From the IMG/VR virus record IMGVR_UViG_3300021335_000003: 64,000 bases of DNA. The stretch is one strand, 5' to 3'. A program made the translations under genes and the position numbers. The DNA is from a virus. Positions 41,359 to 49,058 of this stretch are shown in pieces (position 1 is the first letter of the stretch; each line of letters starts with the position of its first letter). Below the pieces are notes generated by a model. That model worked only from the letters and a program-made list of their open reading frames with translations, searched no databases and had not been told where the DNA came from.

Positions 41359-42414
41359 TTAAAAAATTATACTATAAAGCAGAGCTTTGTTTCTGCTTAC
41401 AAATTCGTCTTGTGTTCCGTCTTGGTTTGTAAAATACAATCCAGTTCCGCCATCGCCTAAGGCTTTACTGTAAAGTGTGATACCTTCTGAGGGTGGATCT
41501 GCAGGGTCTGATTCTAACAAAAAGTTTTGATAACCATCAATTTCAACTTGACCGGTGCCGCTACCTCTAAGTCTAATTGCAGTATTAATACCATTACTTG
41601 TAATAACACCAACATCACCTGGATCAGAAATAAATCTCAAGTTACCAATTTCAACTCTGGTATCATAAAAGTTTGTGTAATTTACACCATCAAGTGTAAT
41701 AACAACTTTTGTATCTCCGCCGTCGATATCAGCATCAAAAATTTCTACACTACTGTCATCTTTAGCAATCTTAGGTTGGAAGAAATTTGTATGATAACTA
41801 TCAACATATTCTACCAAACTCTTTGCACTAACCAATGCATCATTTTTACCTGCTTGCACAGGACCTGCACTAAAGTTGATTTCTAAATCAAGCAAATCAG
41901 TTGGATTATCGTAAAGGAAAACTTGTCTTTCATAATTGGTTACACCTGTAACTGTTACAGTACCTGTGCCTTGTCCAATTAAGTACAAGTCTTCGTTTGT
42001 ATCAGTGATAATACTACTTGTATGAATACCTTTGTATTCGCCATTTCCTAAACCAAAGTAAAATGCTCCTGGATCTACACCGCCTGAATCAAAACCGTCA
42101 AGGTCTTCATCATAAAAGATTCTAGCATCTACTAGTTCTCCAGGACCTCTACTGATAATAATACCAGCACCGCGATTATATCCATCTAATAGATCTTTAA
42201 TACCACCTACAGTTTCGTTTTTGTTTATTGTGAACGTTTTGTCACCAATAGCAACTTCTGTTGATTCAACAGTTGTTGTTACACCTAATACATCTAAGTC
42301 ACCTTTTACAGTAACTTTACCTACAGCATTACCTGTGTCAAAAACGATTTCTCCAGCGTCATTGACTTCGATTGTGTATTTGTCTGCACCTATACGATTG
42401 AAACGTTCAGCCAT
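41359..42414 (-). CDS. Putative virion/tail structural protein
   Basis: VKGDLDVLGVTTTVESTEVAIGDK resembles the fibre motif GDLTVNGTTTTLDTTTLIVEDK. Confidence 0.65.
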   Translation of the reverse strand: MAERFNRIGADKYTIEVNDAGEIVFDTGNAVGKVTVKGDLDVLGVTTTVESTEVAIGDKTFTINKNETVGGIKDLLDGYNRGAGIIISRGPGELVDARIFYDEDLDGFDSGGVDPGAFYFGLGNGEYKGIHTSSIITDTNEDLYLIGQGTGTVTVTGVTNYERQVFLYDNPTDLLDLEINFSAGPVQAGKNDALVSAKSLVEYVDSYHTNFFQPKIAKDDSSVEIFDADIDGGDTKVVITLDGVNYTNFYDTRVEIGNLRFISDPGDVGVITSNGINTAIRLRGSGTGQVEIDGYQNFLLESDPADPPSEGITLYSKALGDGGTGLYFTNQDGTQDEFVSRNKALLYSIIF

Positions 42415-42425
42415 CTAAGTGCTCC

Positions 42426-42788
42426 TTAAATAGCTGTTAAACGTAAAACTGTATCGGTTGAATCGTCTTCTAAATCCCAAGTGTAACGATTGCTATCAAA
42501 ATCTACTGCTGTTCTGTTGAATAGTTTTTTGATAACTCTGCGCACTCCGCCGGCATCAAAACCTTCGATAACCATTTCGCCTGCTGCTACACTATCAGTT
42601 GCTTTGTTAACCAAACGGCAAACTGCTGTTGCTGTAGCACCGTTGTTTGACACTGTGAACTTGTTTGTTCCTCTTTGGTCTACAATGTATGCTTGCTCGT
42701 CAATACCGCCGCCAACATATGCACGTACTGTGATATTCGTTGCGTCAGCCGGATCTCCGAAATTTCTTTTATTTACTGGACGTCCCAT
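42426..42788 (-). CDS. Hypothetical late protein
   Basis: AAGGAG RBS; late box at 42874-42880. Confidence 0.7.
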   Translation of the reverse strand: MGRPVNKRNFGDPADATNITVRAYVGGGIDEQAYIVDQRGTNKFTVSNNGATATAVCRLVNKATDSVAAGEMVIEGFDAGGVRRVIKKLFNRTAVDFDSNRYTWDLEDDSTDTVLRLTAI

Positions 42789-42911
42789 TTGTTTCTCCTT
42801 TGTTACGTTCTAAGTAATACGCGGTTGGTCTTCCGCATAAGTCCTCATCTAGAGGTTCTCTCTATGACAATAGTATTTATCAAATTAAATAAAATGGGTT
42901 ATAATGTCCGT

Positions 42912-42944
42912 AAAAAAAGGCCTGCAATTATGTTGCAGACCTTT
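42912..42944 (-). terminator. Rho-independent terminator closing the candidate ncRNA
   Basis: Minus strand AAAGGTCTGCAA-cataa-TTGCAGGCCTTT followed by a T tract. Confidence 0.85.
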
Positions 42945-42954
42945 CTCTATTAAT

Positions 42955-43167
42955 GTGATAGGTAGGACTAAGGATTACCTACAAGTGCCGTGACATATCC
43001 TGTCTACATAACTAGCACAACCTCACAATAGAATGGTTAGTTCTACTTTCTCTGCAACGCCTTGTCTCCAAGGTCTTACAGCGCCACCATAGCGTGTGAG
43101 TCAAGTTAATGCCTATGTGAAGCATCGTTTCCTTGCACTATCTAACTCGGACCGTCGTCTTTGTTAT
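42955..43167 (-). ncRNA. Candidate stand-alone structured ncRNA (~215 nt), family unknown
   Basis: No ORF; own promoter and terminator; nested helices, a GAGA tetraloop and a possible loop-loop pairing. Confidence 0.7.
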
Positions 43168-43173
43168 GTACTT

Positions 43174-43201
43174 AATATAGCATATACAAAATAAAAGTCA
43201 A
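43174..43201 (-). promoter_or_regulatory. sigma70-type promoter for the candidate ncRNA
   Basis: TTGACT-16 nt-TATATT with extended -10 TG. Confidence 0.7.
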
Positions 43202-43206
43202 CCTCT

Positions 43207-43401
43207 TTATTCAACTTTTTTTAAATTTTCTGCATGTTTTCTGCCATTTTTTTCTACTGGTTCGTATTCAACTCTATCGCCCAATTTCAAATTATGTTCT
43301 TTTTTTCTGAACAAAACATCAGTCCTATTTTGTCCCCATTCGTCGGGACGTATTAATCCGTGAATACCAATAAATTTATAAACTTGTCCTGTGACTATCA
43401 T
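43207..43401 (-). CDS. Cold-shock-domain (CspA-like OB-fold) protein, divergent
   Basis: TGQVYKF...HGLIRPD...DVLF...LKLGDRVEYE......HAENL follows the CspA pattern (G.VKWF..GFI.PD..DVF...L..G..V.F....A.NV). Confidence 0.65.
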   Translation of the reverse strand: MIVTGQVYKFIGIHGLIRPDEWGQNRTDVLFRKKEHNLKLGDRVEYEPVEKNGRKHAENLKKVE

Positions 43402-44099
43402 TACATCATCTCCAGTTGTAATAGTGTTTGATCTAACTTGCCAAAGTTATACAAGTGTATGGGATTATTTCTTAAATCTCTAACAAACTTTACAGTGTTA
43501 AATCCTTTTGTATTAACATAAGTTAAACCTCGTAAATTGCCTACAGCATACGACACGCTATCAGTAAGTCCGCATAACTTTGCATACTTCCAAAGTCCTT
43601 CTAGTGTGCAATTAGTTGCTATGCCAAAACGTGTTTTCTTTTCCCATTGGTTTAATAATCTTGGATTAAAACATAATTGACTTATACCGCCTTTGAAGTG
43701 CATGTATTTTGTAAAAGCCATATTTGCATATGTTTCTGCTTGAGGATATACACCGCAGTACATATCAAATCCATAATCTTCTATTGCATCTTTTACTTCA
43801 TAAAAAGTTTGATACACTTTGCCTTCGTATGTGCTACCGCCAATTAACAAAACTTTGTCAATACCTGCTTTACGCATTGCAATACAGTTTTCGTGTAATT
43901 CACTTTCACTTTGTAAATTACGTGCTGCAATATGCGCAACTGCTTTTGCACTACCTGCTTGTTGATTTAGTTCAATTGCAGCATCTTTAATACGAGACAA
44001 ATCGGTTTTAGGCAAATGTGTAATACTTACACTAGTTGCTGTGTCAACTGCATATTGACTTAATTTTTGTTTTGGAGTTTTTTCTACACTTATGTCCAT
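43401..44099 (-). CDS. Methylenetetrahydrofolate reductase (MetF)-like FAD-linked oxidoreductase
   Basis: VAHIAARN..SESEL......AGIDKVLLIGG, G.YP and ISQLCFN match the MetF HL..R / L.L.GD / YPE / TQ.FFD blocks. Confidence 0.65.
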   Translation of the reverse strand: MDISVEKTPKQKLSQYAVDTATSVSITHLPKTDLSRIKDAAIELNQQAGSAKAVAHIAARNLQSESELHENCIAMRKAGIDKVLLIGGSTYEGKVYQTFYEVKDAIEDYGFDMYCGVYPQAETYANMAFTKYMHFKGGISQLCFNPRLLNQWEKKTRFGIATNCTLEGLWKYAKLCGLTDSVSYAVGNLRGLTYVNTKGFNTVKFVRDLRNNPIHLYNFGKLDQTLLQLEMM

Positions 44100-44113
44100 A
44101 ATGTAGTTATCAT

Positions 44114-44140
44114 AAAAATAGGCCCCGTAGGGCCTATTTT
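44114..44140 (-). terminator. Terminator after major capsid gene
   Basis: Minus strand AAAATAGGCCC-TACG-GGGCCTATTTTT. Confidence 0.85.
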
Positions 44141-44160
44141 AAAACTGTTTAAACTAAAAC

Positions 44161-45339
44161 TTATGAGAAGCTTAGGTTTGCTGCATTTGTCTGTAGGTCG
44201 ATTAGCGCCAAGTAGTCGGCTGCGTTACCTAGAGACGATGCTGTGTTTGATAGCTCAACATAACCATAACGTGTCATAAATGATACTGTTGGTTCGAATG
44301 TTGATGGATCAAGAACAACACCTGAAGACATTAGTGGGATGTATGGGCAGTAGAACGCTGCTGCGTCTGACTCGCTTGTACCTTTGTATCCAACTAGGAT
44401 GTCGTCGTTTGCTGCATATGTGTTTACATACACTTTCATTGCGCCATTCAATGTACCAACCATTTTTGTGTTTGTTGGTGCTTCAAATGTGCCTTCTGTT
44501 GTACGTGCAAATGCAGAAGTTGTTGCAGATTGTAGGATTGTCAATGTTGTTGGTGAAACAACTGCCCAGTTACCAGCACCGCGGCGAGTACGCTGAGCGA
44601 TTCTGTTTGCTGCACGGTTGACTAGAACTGCTAGAGCAGCATGTTCGTCACCTACGAATGTTGCAGTACCTGAAACAGCAGCTTGATTGTATGTATCTGA
44701 TGCTGTACCAGCTAGTGTTGTTAGAGATGCTAGGACCTCTTGGTCGATCTCTGCTGTGATTTCTTGAGCCAAAGCAGCCATAATTTCTGCTTCAACGTCA
44801 ATACCGTGCTGTGACTGAGCGTCTTGAGCAGCTTCAAAGGTCCAACGTGCTGATAGCTTACGTGTTTTCGCTTCTACAGTCTGTTTCAAGATCTGGATGC
44901 TTAGTCTGTTTCCAGCTTCACCTTCAAGTGCCGCAGTTGCGTCAGCTTTTGCTGTTGTAGCATTACCTGAATATGCTTCTGCGATTTTGAATGGTGATAG
45001 TGCTTCTTCACCAGCTACTGCGCCTGATGCGCCTGAGCCTGCTGTGTCGCTGTAGCGAACACGCAATGTGTGAATCTGACCAACTGGACCAGTCATTGGT
45101 TGTACACCAACTAGTTCGTTTGCAATAACTGTTGGCATAACACGTCTGATCACTGGAAGGATCACACGGTTAAGTGTTGCGATGTTACCGGCAGATGTAG
45201 CACCAGCAGTTGCAGTTTCAGCCAAATACTTGCGAGTATTTTCTAGCGTTGAAGCCATTACTGCTTTCTTATTGCCTTGTAGGCCTTCAAGAAGTGCGCT
45301 TTTTGTATCGTGCCAGCGACTTTCTAATAGTTCTGACAT
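44161..45339 (-). CDS. gp23: Major capsid protein (start reassigned to ATG 45339, MSELLE)
   Basis: VIRRVMP..IANELVGVQPMTGPVGQI, VEAKTRKL.ARWT.EAAQD, EITAEIDQE, FYCPYIPL, F.P...FMTRYG. Confidence 0.97.
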   Translation of the reverse strand: MSELLESRWHDTKSALLEGLQGNKKAVMASTLENTRKYLAETATAGATSAGNIATLNRVILPVIRRVMPTVIANELVGVQPMTGPVGQIHTLRVRYSDTAGSGASGAVAGEEALSPFKIAEAYSGNATTAKADATAALEGEAGNRLSIQILKQTVEAKTRKLSARWTFEAAQDAQSQHGIDVEAEIMAALAQEITAEIDQEVLASLTTLAGTASDTYNQAAVSGTATFVGDEHAALAVLVNRAANRIAQRTRRGAGNWAVVSPTTLTILQSATTSAFARTTEGTFEAPTNTKMVGTLNGAMKVYVNTYAANDDILVGYKGTSESDAAAFYCPYIPLMSSGVVLDPSTFEPTVSFMTRYGYVELSNTASSLGNAADYLALIDLQTNAANLSFS

Positions 45340-45352
45340 TGGTTTCTCCTCT

Positions 45353-46444
45353 TTATAGTCCAGCAAGACGTTTTAAATCAACTACATTGTGATCTACGTC
45401 TGCTTTGATGTCATTTGATTGGGTTCTGTTGCCTGTTACTTCTTTTGCCTCTGCTAATACTGCCTTTTGCTTCGCTGGACCTTTACCGTCAATAACTGCC
45501 GGTAGGTATTTGTCAAACGCAGAACGTAGTCTGTCTGTTTGAACTGATTCCAGTAAGTCTACCATAATTTCACGCTGGTCTTTGCTTAGTGGCGCAACCA
45601 TATCGCTAATTGTGTCTTTGCGTTTTGCACTTTCAGTGATCATTTTATTTTGATGTGCTTGTGCTTCTGCAAGTTTGATTGCTTTAGACGCTGCTTCTCT
45701 TGCTTCTGCTAGTTGTTTGTCTTTAGCACCAACAACTTTTAGAAGTTTTGAAGTTTCACTCTTCTCGTTTAGATATGAGTGTTGATATTCGTTTGCAAAT
45801 GCTTCGAATAGTTTGCGTCCAAAATCATTTTCACGTGCTTGATCGATATCTTCTTTAAGTGCTGAGATCTCTTTTTTAAGACCTTTAGCAACTGTTTCTG
45901 ATACCAACGCTGCACTTTTCTTAATAAAGTCTTGTTTAACTTTATCAACATGAGCTTTGCCTTCACGTACAAGACGTACTTTTGTTTCGGCAAGATCTTT
46001 TTTGTCTTCGTAAAACTCTGCAATTTCTTTTGCAAGTGACTCAACTACAAACTCTTCTAGTGCAACAAACTTGTCAGCCATTGCTTTTTGATCTGAGTGT
46101 AGTTCTTTGATTTCTTTTGCTAGTGTTTCACTAACAAATGATTTCATTAGATTTGCATTTTTACGCTGTGCAATAGCAAATTTAGCTTTTGCTTCTGCTA
46201 GTTGCTTGCGATCTTCTTGGAATTCTGCAATTTCTTCGCTAAGTTTTTCTGTCATCATAGCATCAATGGCTTCAACCATTGTTGTTTTATCATGCTCATA
46301 CTTTTTAGCAAATTCTTCACGTAGTTCCGCAGTCGCTTGTAGGCGATTTTCTTTCACCTTTGCGTTCCATGCTTCTTCTAGTTCTGAGCGCACTTCTTCT
46401 GATAGTGCTGAATTTTCGAAGAGTGATTTTAGTGCATCTAACAT
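45353..46444 (-). CDS. gp22: Prohead core scaffold protein
   Basis: Coiled-coil, Glu/Lys-rich; lies between protease and MCP. Confidence 0.85.
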   Translation of the reverse strand: MLDALKSLFENSALSEEVRSELEEAWNAKVKENRLQATAELREEFAKKYEHDKTTMVEAIDAMMTEKLSEEIAEFQEDRKQLAEAKAKFAIAQRKNANLMKSFVSETLAKEIKELHSDQKAMADKFVALEEFVVESLAKEIAEFYEDKKDLAETKVRLVREGKAHVDKVKQDFIKKSAALVSETVAKGLKKEISALKEDIDQARENDFGRKLFEAFANEYQHSYLNEKSETSKLLKVVGAKDKQLAEAREAASKAIKLAEAQAHQNKMITESAKRKDTISDMVAPLSKDQREIMVDLLESVQTDRLRSAFDKYLPAVIDGKGPAKQKAVLAEAKEVTGNRTQSNDIKADVDHNVVDLKRLAGL

Positions 46445-46461
46445 TTTGTATCCTCTCCTAG

Positions 46462-47085
46462 TTAGCGGAGTTTGTCTATTATATCTAATAGACTCTCTTT
46501 TAAGTATTTTTGTGCCTTTTTATCGCCTTGAACTTCCCTTGATGTTTGGAACGCCCTATAACCGCCTCTGCTATTCATAAGATGTTCGTATATCGGTGTT
46601 GGGTATGCGCCTGGCGCACTTGGTTGCGCCACAACGTCTACAGTGATAATTTCAAAATCTGATACTTCACCGTTACCGCTTTCGCTTACATTTCCACTAC
46701 CTCTCGATGAAACGCCTAGTTTAACACTGCTTTCAAGCATTGTTTTAACTAATTGTCCCATCGGAGTTGGTAGAATTTTTAATTTACCGTAACCGTTTGG
46801 GCCATCCATCCACATTTCTGTAATCATATGGCTTACACGGTCTAAGTTAATGTTTAGTCCATCTGGATGATCTACTTCACCTAACACTGAGTAGCCACCA
46901 CTAATTTGTTCGTTGAGTGTGGTGACAGCCCTGCCAATCTCGTTAACGGGATAAACACGCTGATTTGCGTTGCGTACTCCGCCTTGAATGCAAATACCTT
47001 TCATGTAAAGGTCTTTACCATCGTTGGCAGACTCAACAACCATTCTAGCTTGGTCGAAACTCAGATGTTCGTTTAGTAAATTCAT
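46462..47085 (-). CDS. gp21: Prohead protease
   Basis: N.N.RVYP, LGEVDHP, VSH.I, LGVSSRGSG, D.VAQPSAP.AY. Confidence 0.95.
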   Translation of the reverse strand: MNLLNEHLSFDQARMVVESANDGKDLYMKGICIQGGVRNANQRVYPVNEIGRAVTTLNEQISGGYSVLGEVDHPDGLNINLDRVSHMITEMWMDGPNGYGKLKILPTPMGQLVKTMLESSVKLGVSSRGSGNVSESGNGEVSDFEIITVDVVAQPSAPGAYPTPIYEHLMNSRGGYRAFQTSREVQGDKKAQKYLKESLLDIIDKLR

Positions 47086-47095
47086 CTATCAGTCC

Positions 47096-48115
47096 TTACT
47101 TTGCTCTTTTTGGAGCGCCATTTAAAGGTGAGCCTGCGCCTTTGTCAGCTGCTTCTGGCTTACCTTTTTTCTCGGCACCATGGCCGGGTTGCGATGCCAT
47201 TTTAGTAGCACCTTTTGCGCCTGGAACATTTACATTCCCTGCGTTATCTTCTTTAGTTGATGGTTGTGCTAGACCGCCTGCTGTTCCGCCTGCTCCGCCG
47301 TCGCCGCCTTTTGCGATATTTGCTGTTGTTCCGCCCATATCGTTTTTACCTGCAACTGTTGATTTTGTGTTTGCGCCGTTGTCGCCCATTGTTGCTGTGA
47401 CTTTATCTGTGTATTCACGCATAATTTCTGTTTGTGACTTTGGTGCTTTTGACTCTTCTACTTCTTCGTCAGCTGCTTCTTCCACTTCTTCGTCTTCGAA
47501 AGCAATTGCTTCTTCTTCAGCTTCTTCGTCATCGTCGCCTTCTTCTGAGTCCATGTCCATTGGCATGTCGTCTGCTGGCTCTTCATCACCTGCTTCTTCG
47601 TCGCCCATCATAGCTTCGAATTCTGCTTTTAGTGCTTCTAGCTCGTCTTCTAGGTCTGCAACACGATCTTCTACGTCACCGTCTTCGTCGCCCATACCCA
47701 TGTCGTCGTCACCCATTTCTGGTTCCATGTCGTCACCGCCCATGTCTGGGTCTTCGATGTCGCCCATCATGTCGTCTACTGGGTCACCTTCTGCCATATC
47801 AAAAAAGTTTTCATCTACTTCTTCGTCTGCTTCGTCTAACTCTTCGTCTGACTCATCTAGATCTTCGTCTGATGCTTCATCAACTTCTTCATCAGTTGCT
47901 TCGTCTAGGTCTTCTTCTGATTCATCTACTTCTTCATCTGTAGCTTCATCAACTTCTTCATCAGTTGTTTCTTCTACTTCTTCATCTTCAAGTAGTGATT
48001 CGTAAATATCTCTTGATTTTTCTACCACGATTTCGTGGAATAATGCTTCTGCACCTTCTCTGTCTTCATTGACGAGGCGCTCAAGCATTTCTTCAAACTT
48101 GTTGCGATCAGTCAT
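47096..48115 (-). CDS. Highly acidic prohead core-like protein (likely start MTDRNK at 48115)
   Basis: Repeated (A/T)DEEVDE units; lies between portal and protease as T4 gp67/68 do; late box at 48149-48155. Confidence 0.65.
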   Translation of the reverse strand: MTDRNKFEEMLERLVNEDREGAEALFHEIVVEKSRDIYESLLEDEEVEETTDEEVDEATDEEVDESEEDLDEATDEEVDEASDEDLDESDEELDEADEEVDENFFDMAEGDPVDDMMGDIEDPDMGGDDMEPEMGDDDMGMGDEDGDVEDRVADLEDELEALKAEFEAMMGDEEAGDEEPADDMPMDMDSEEGDDDEEAEEEAIAFEDEEVEEAADEEVEESKAPKSQTEIMREYTDKVTATMGDNGANTKSTVAGKNDMGGTTANIAKGGDGGAGGTAGGLAQPSTKEDNAGNVNVPGAKGATKMASQPGHGAEKKGKPEAADKGAGSPLNGAPKRAK

Positions 48116-48208
48116 GTCATTCTCCTTTATTGTCAAGGCTGTCTATTATATTTACACTTTTTAGAAAATATACGTGTAAAATGGGGTCAAAACAGCCCAT
48201 TTTACCGA

Positions 48209-48802
48209 TTATTGGAAATTTTTCGCAAAATCATCCACTGTGATATGCGATAAATTGGTTAAATCTTTGAGATGATCAGGAATATAATCATTCATAGACT
48301 TTAATATTCGATAGTATTTAGTCTTTGGAAACTGATTTATACACATCATAGTTTGTCTTTGCCAGTTTCCATAATAGGTTGCTCTATCGTTGATGCCTTT
48401 ATAATTTTTTGTGCCTGCGTATATATTATTTACTTTTTCTTGTTGTTCGCCAATACCAACATAATCAAAACCCATTATATAGATTACTTTATGTCCATGC
48501 TGACTTGCAATCATTAATGCTGTTGGTCCACTGCTCCAACCTTTGTTAGGATCAATAATTTTAATACCAGGTGTGCGTTCTGTGAGTTTGTTTCGATTAC
48601 TCCAAACATTGTGTTTGTGCTGATATTGTGCATCATTTATTTCGGTAACCATTTTGGTATCTACGCATACCAAATGATCAGGTGCAAACTCTCTAAACAG
48701 TGCATTACAACCATACACTGTTCCATATCTTTTTAAATTATGATGATTAATGTCTTTGCGACTAGTACCGTTACCTAGTACAAACGCTATTTTGCTTGCC
48801 AT
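48209..48802 (-). CDS. Hypothetical protein, sialyltransferase/MAF(DUF115)-like Rossmann fold
   Basis: VLGNGTSR, YGCNA, D.LVCVD, SSGPTAL, IYIMGFD motifs. Confidence 0.55.
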   Translation of the reverse strand: MASKIAFVLGNGTSRKDINHHNLKRYGTVYGCNALFREFAPDHLVCVDTKMVTEINDAQYQHKHNVWSNRNKLTERTPGIKIIDPNKGWSSGPTALMIASQHGHKVIYIMGFDYVGIGEQQEKVNNIYAGTKNYKGINDRATYYGNWQRQTMMCINQFPKTKYYRILKSMNDYIPDHLKDLTNLSHITVDDFAKNFQ

Positions 48803-49050
48803 TAAACTCCGCCAAGTGCTGCCTGTGCTGCTAATCCATACATTTGTCTGATATAGTTTAGATCTTTTGCTTTTTGATCTCTATGGGCGTCACTTGCCTT
48901 GCGGGCACGATTGATATCTTTAAGAGTTAGACGACTTTTACGATCGTCATCAACTTTAATCACACTGGTATCTGCTTGAGGATCGTATGTTTCGTCCTCT
49001 TCTGGCTCCATTGTTTCTTTGTTAAAGTAATATAGTTCTCTTAGTATCAT
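48802..49050 (-). CDS. Hypothetical late protein
   Basis: Perfect TATAAATA at 49056-49063 directly upstream. Confidence 0.7.
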   Translation of the reverse strand: MILRELYYFNKETMEPEEDETYDPQADTSVIKVDDDRKSRLTLKDINRARKASDAHRDQKAKDLNYIRQMYGLAAQAALGGV

Positions 49051-49058
49051 GTTAGTAT

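Noticed and set aside
42955-43167. tmRNA or tRNA-like identity for the ncRNA (3' hairpin followed by a closing stem)
   Set aside because: No TTC T-loop, no CCA end, no Ala-type acceptor stem and no tag ORF.
47800-47995. Tandem TCTTC/TCATC-rich repeats as a CRISPR-like or DNA repeat array
   Set aside because: Explained by coding of DEEVDE repeats in the acidic prohead protein; no constant repeat-spacer structure.
47142-48005. 287-aa Ser-rich ORF on + strand, and many similar antisense ORFs opposite the fibre, sheath, portal and terminase genes
   Set aside because: Shadow frames of real minus-strand genes with biased codon usage; no RBS or promoter, low-complexity translations.
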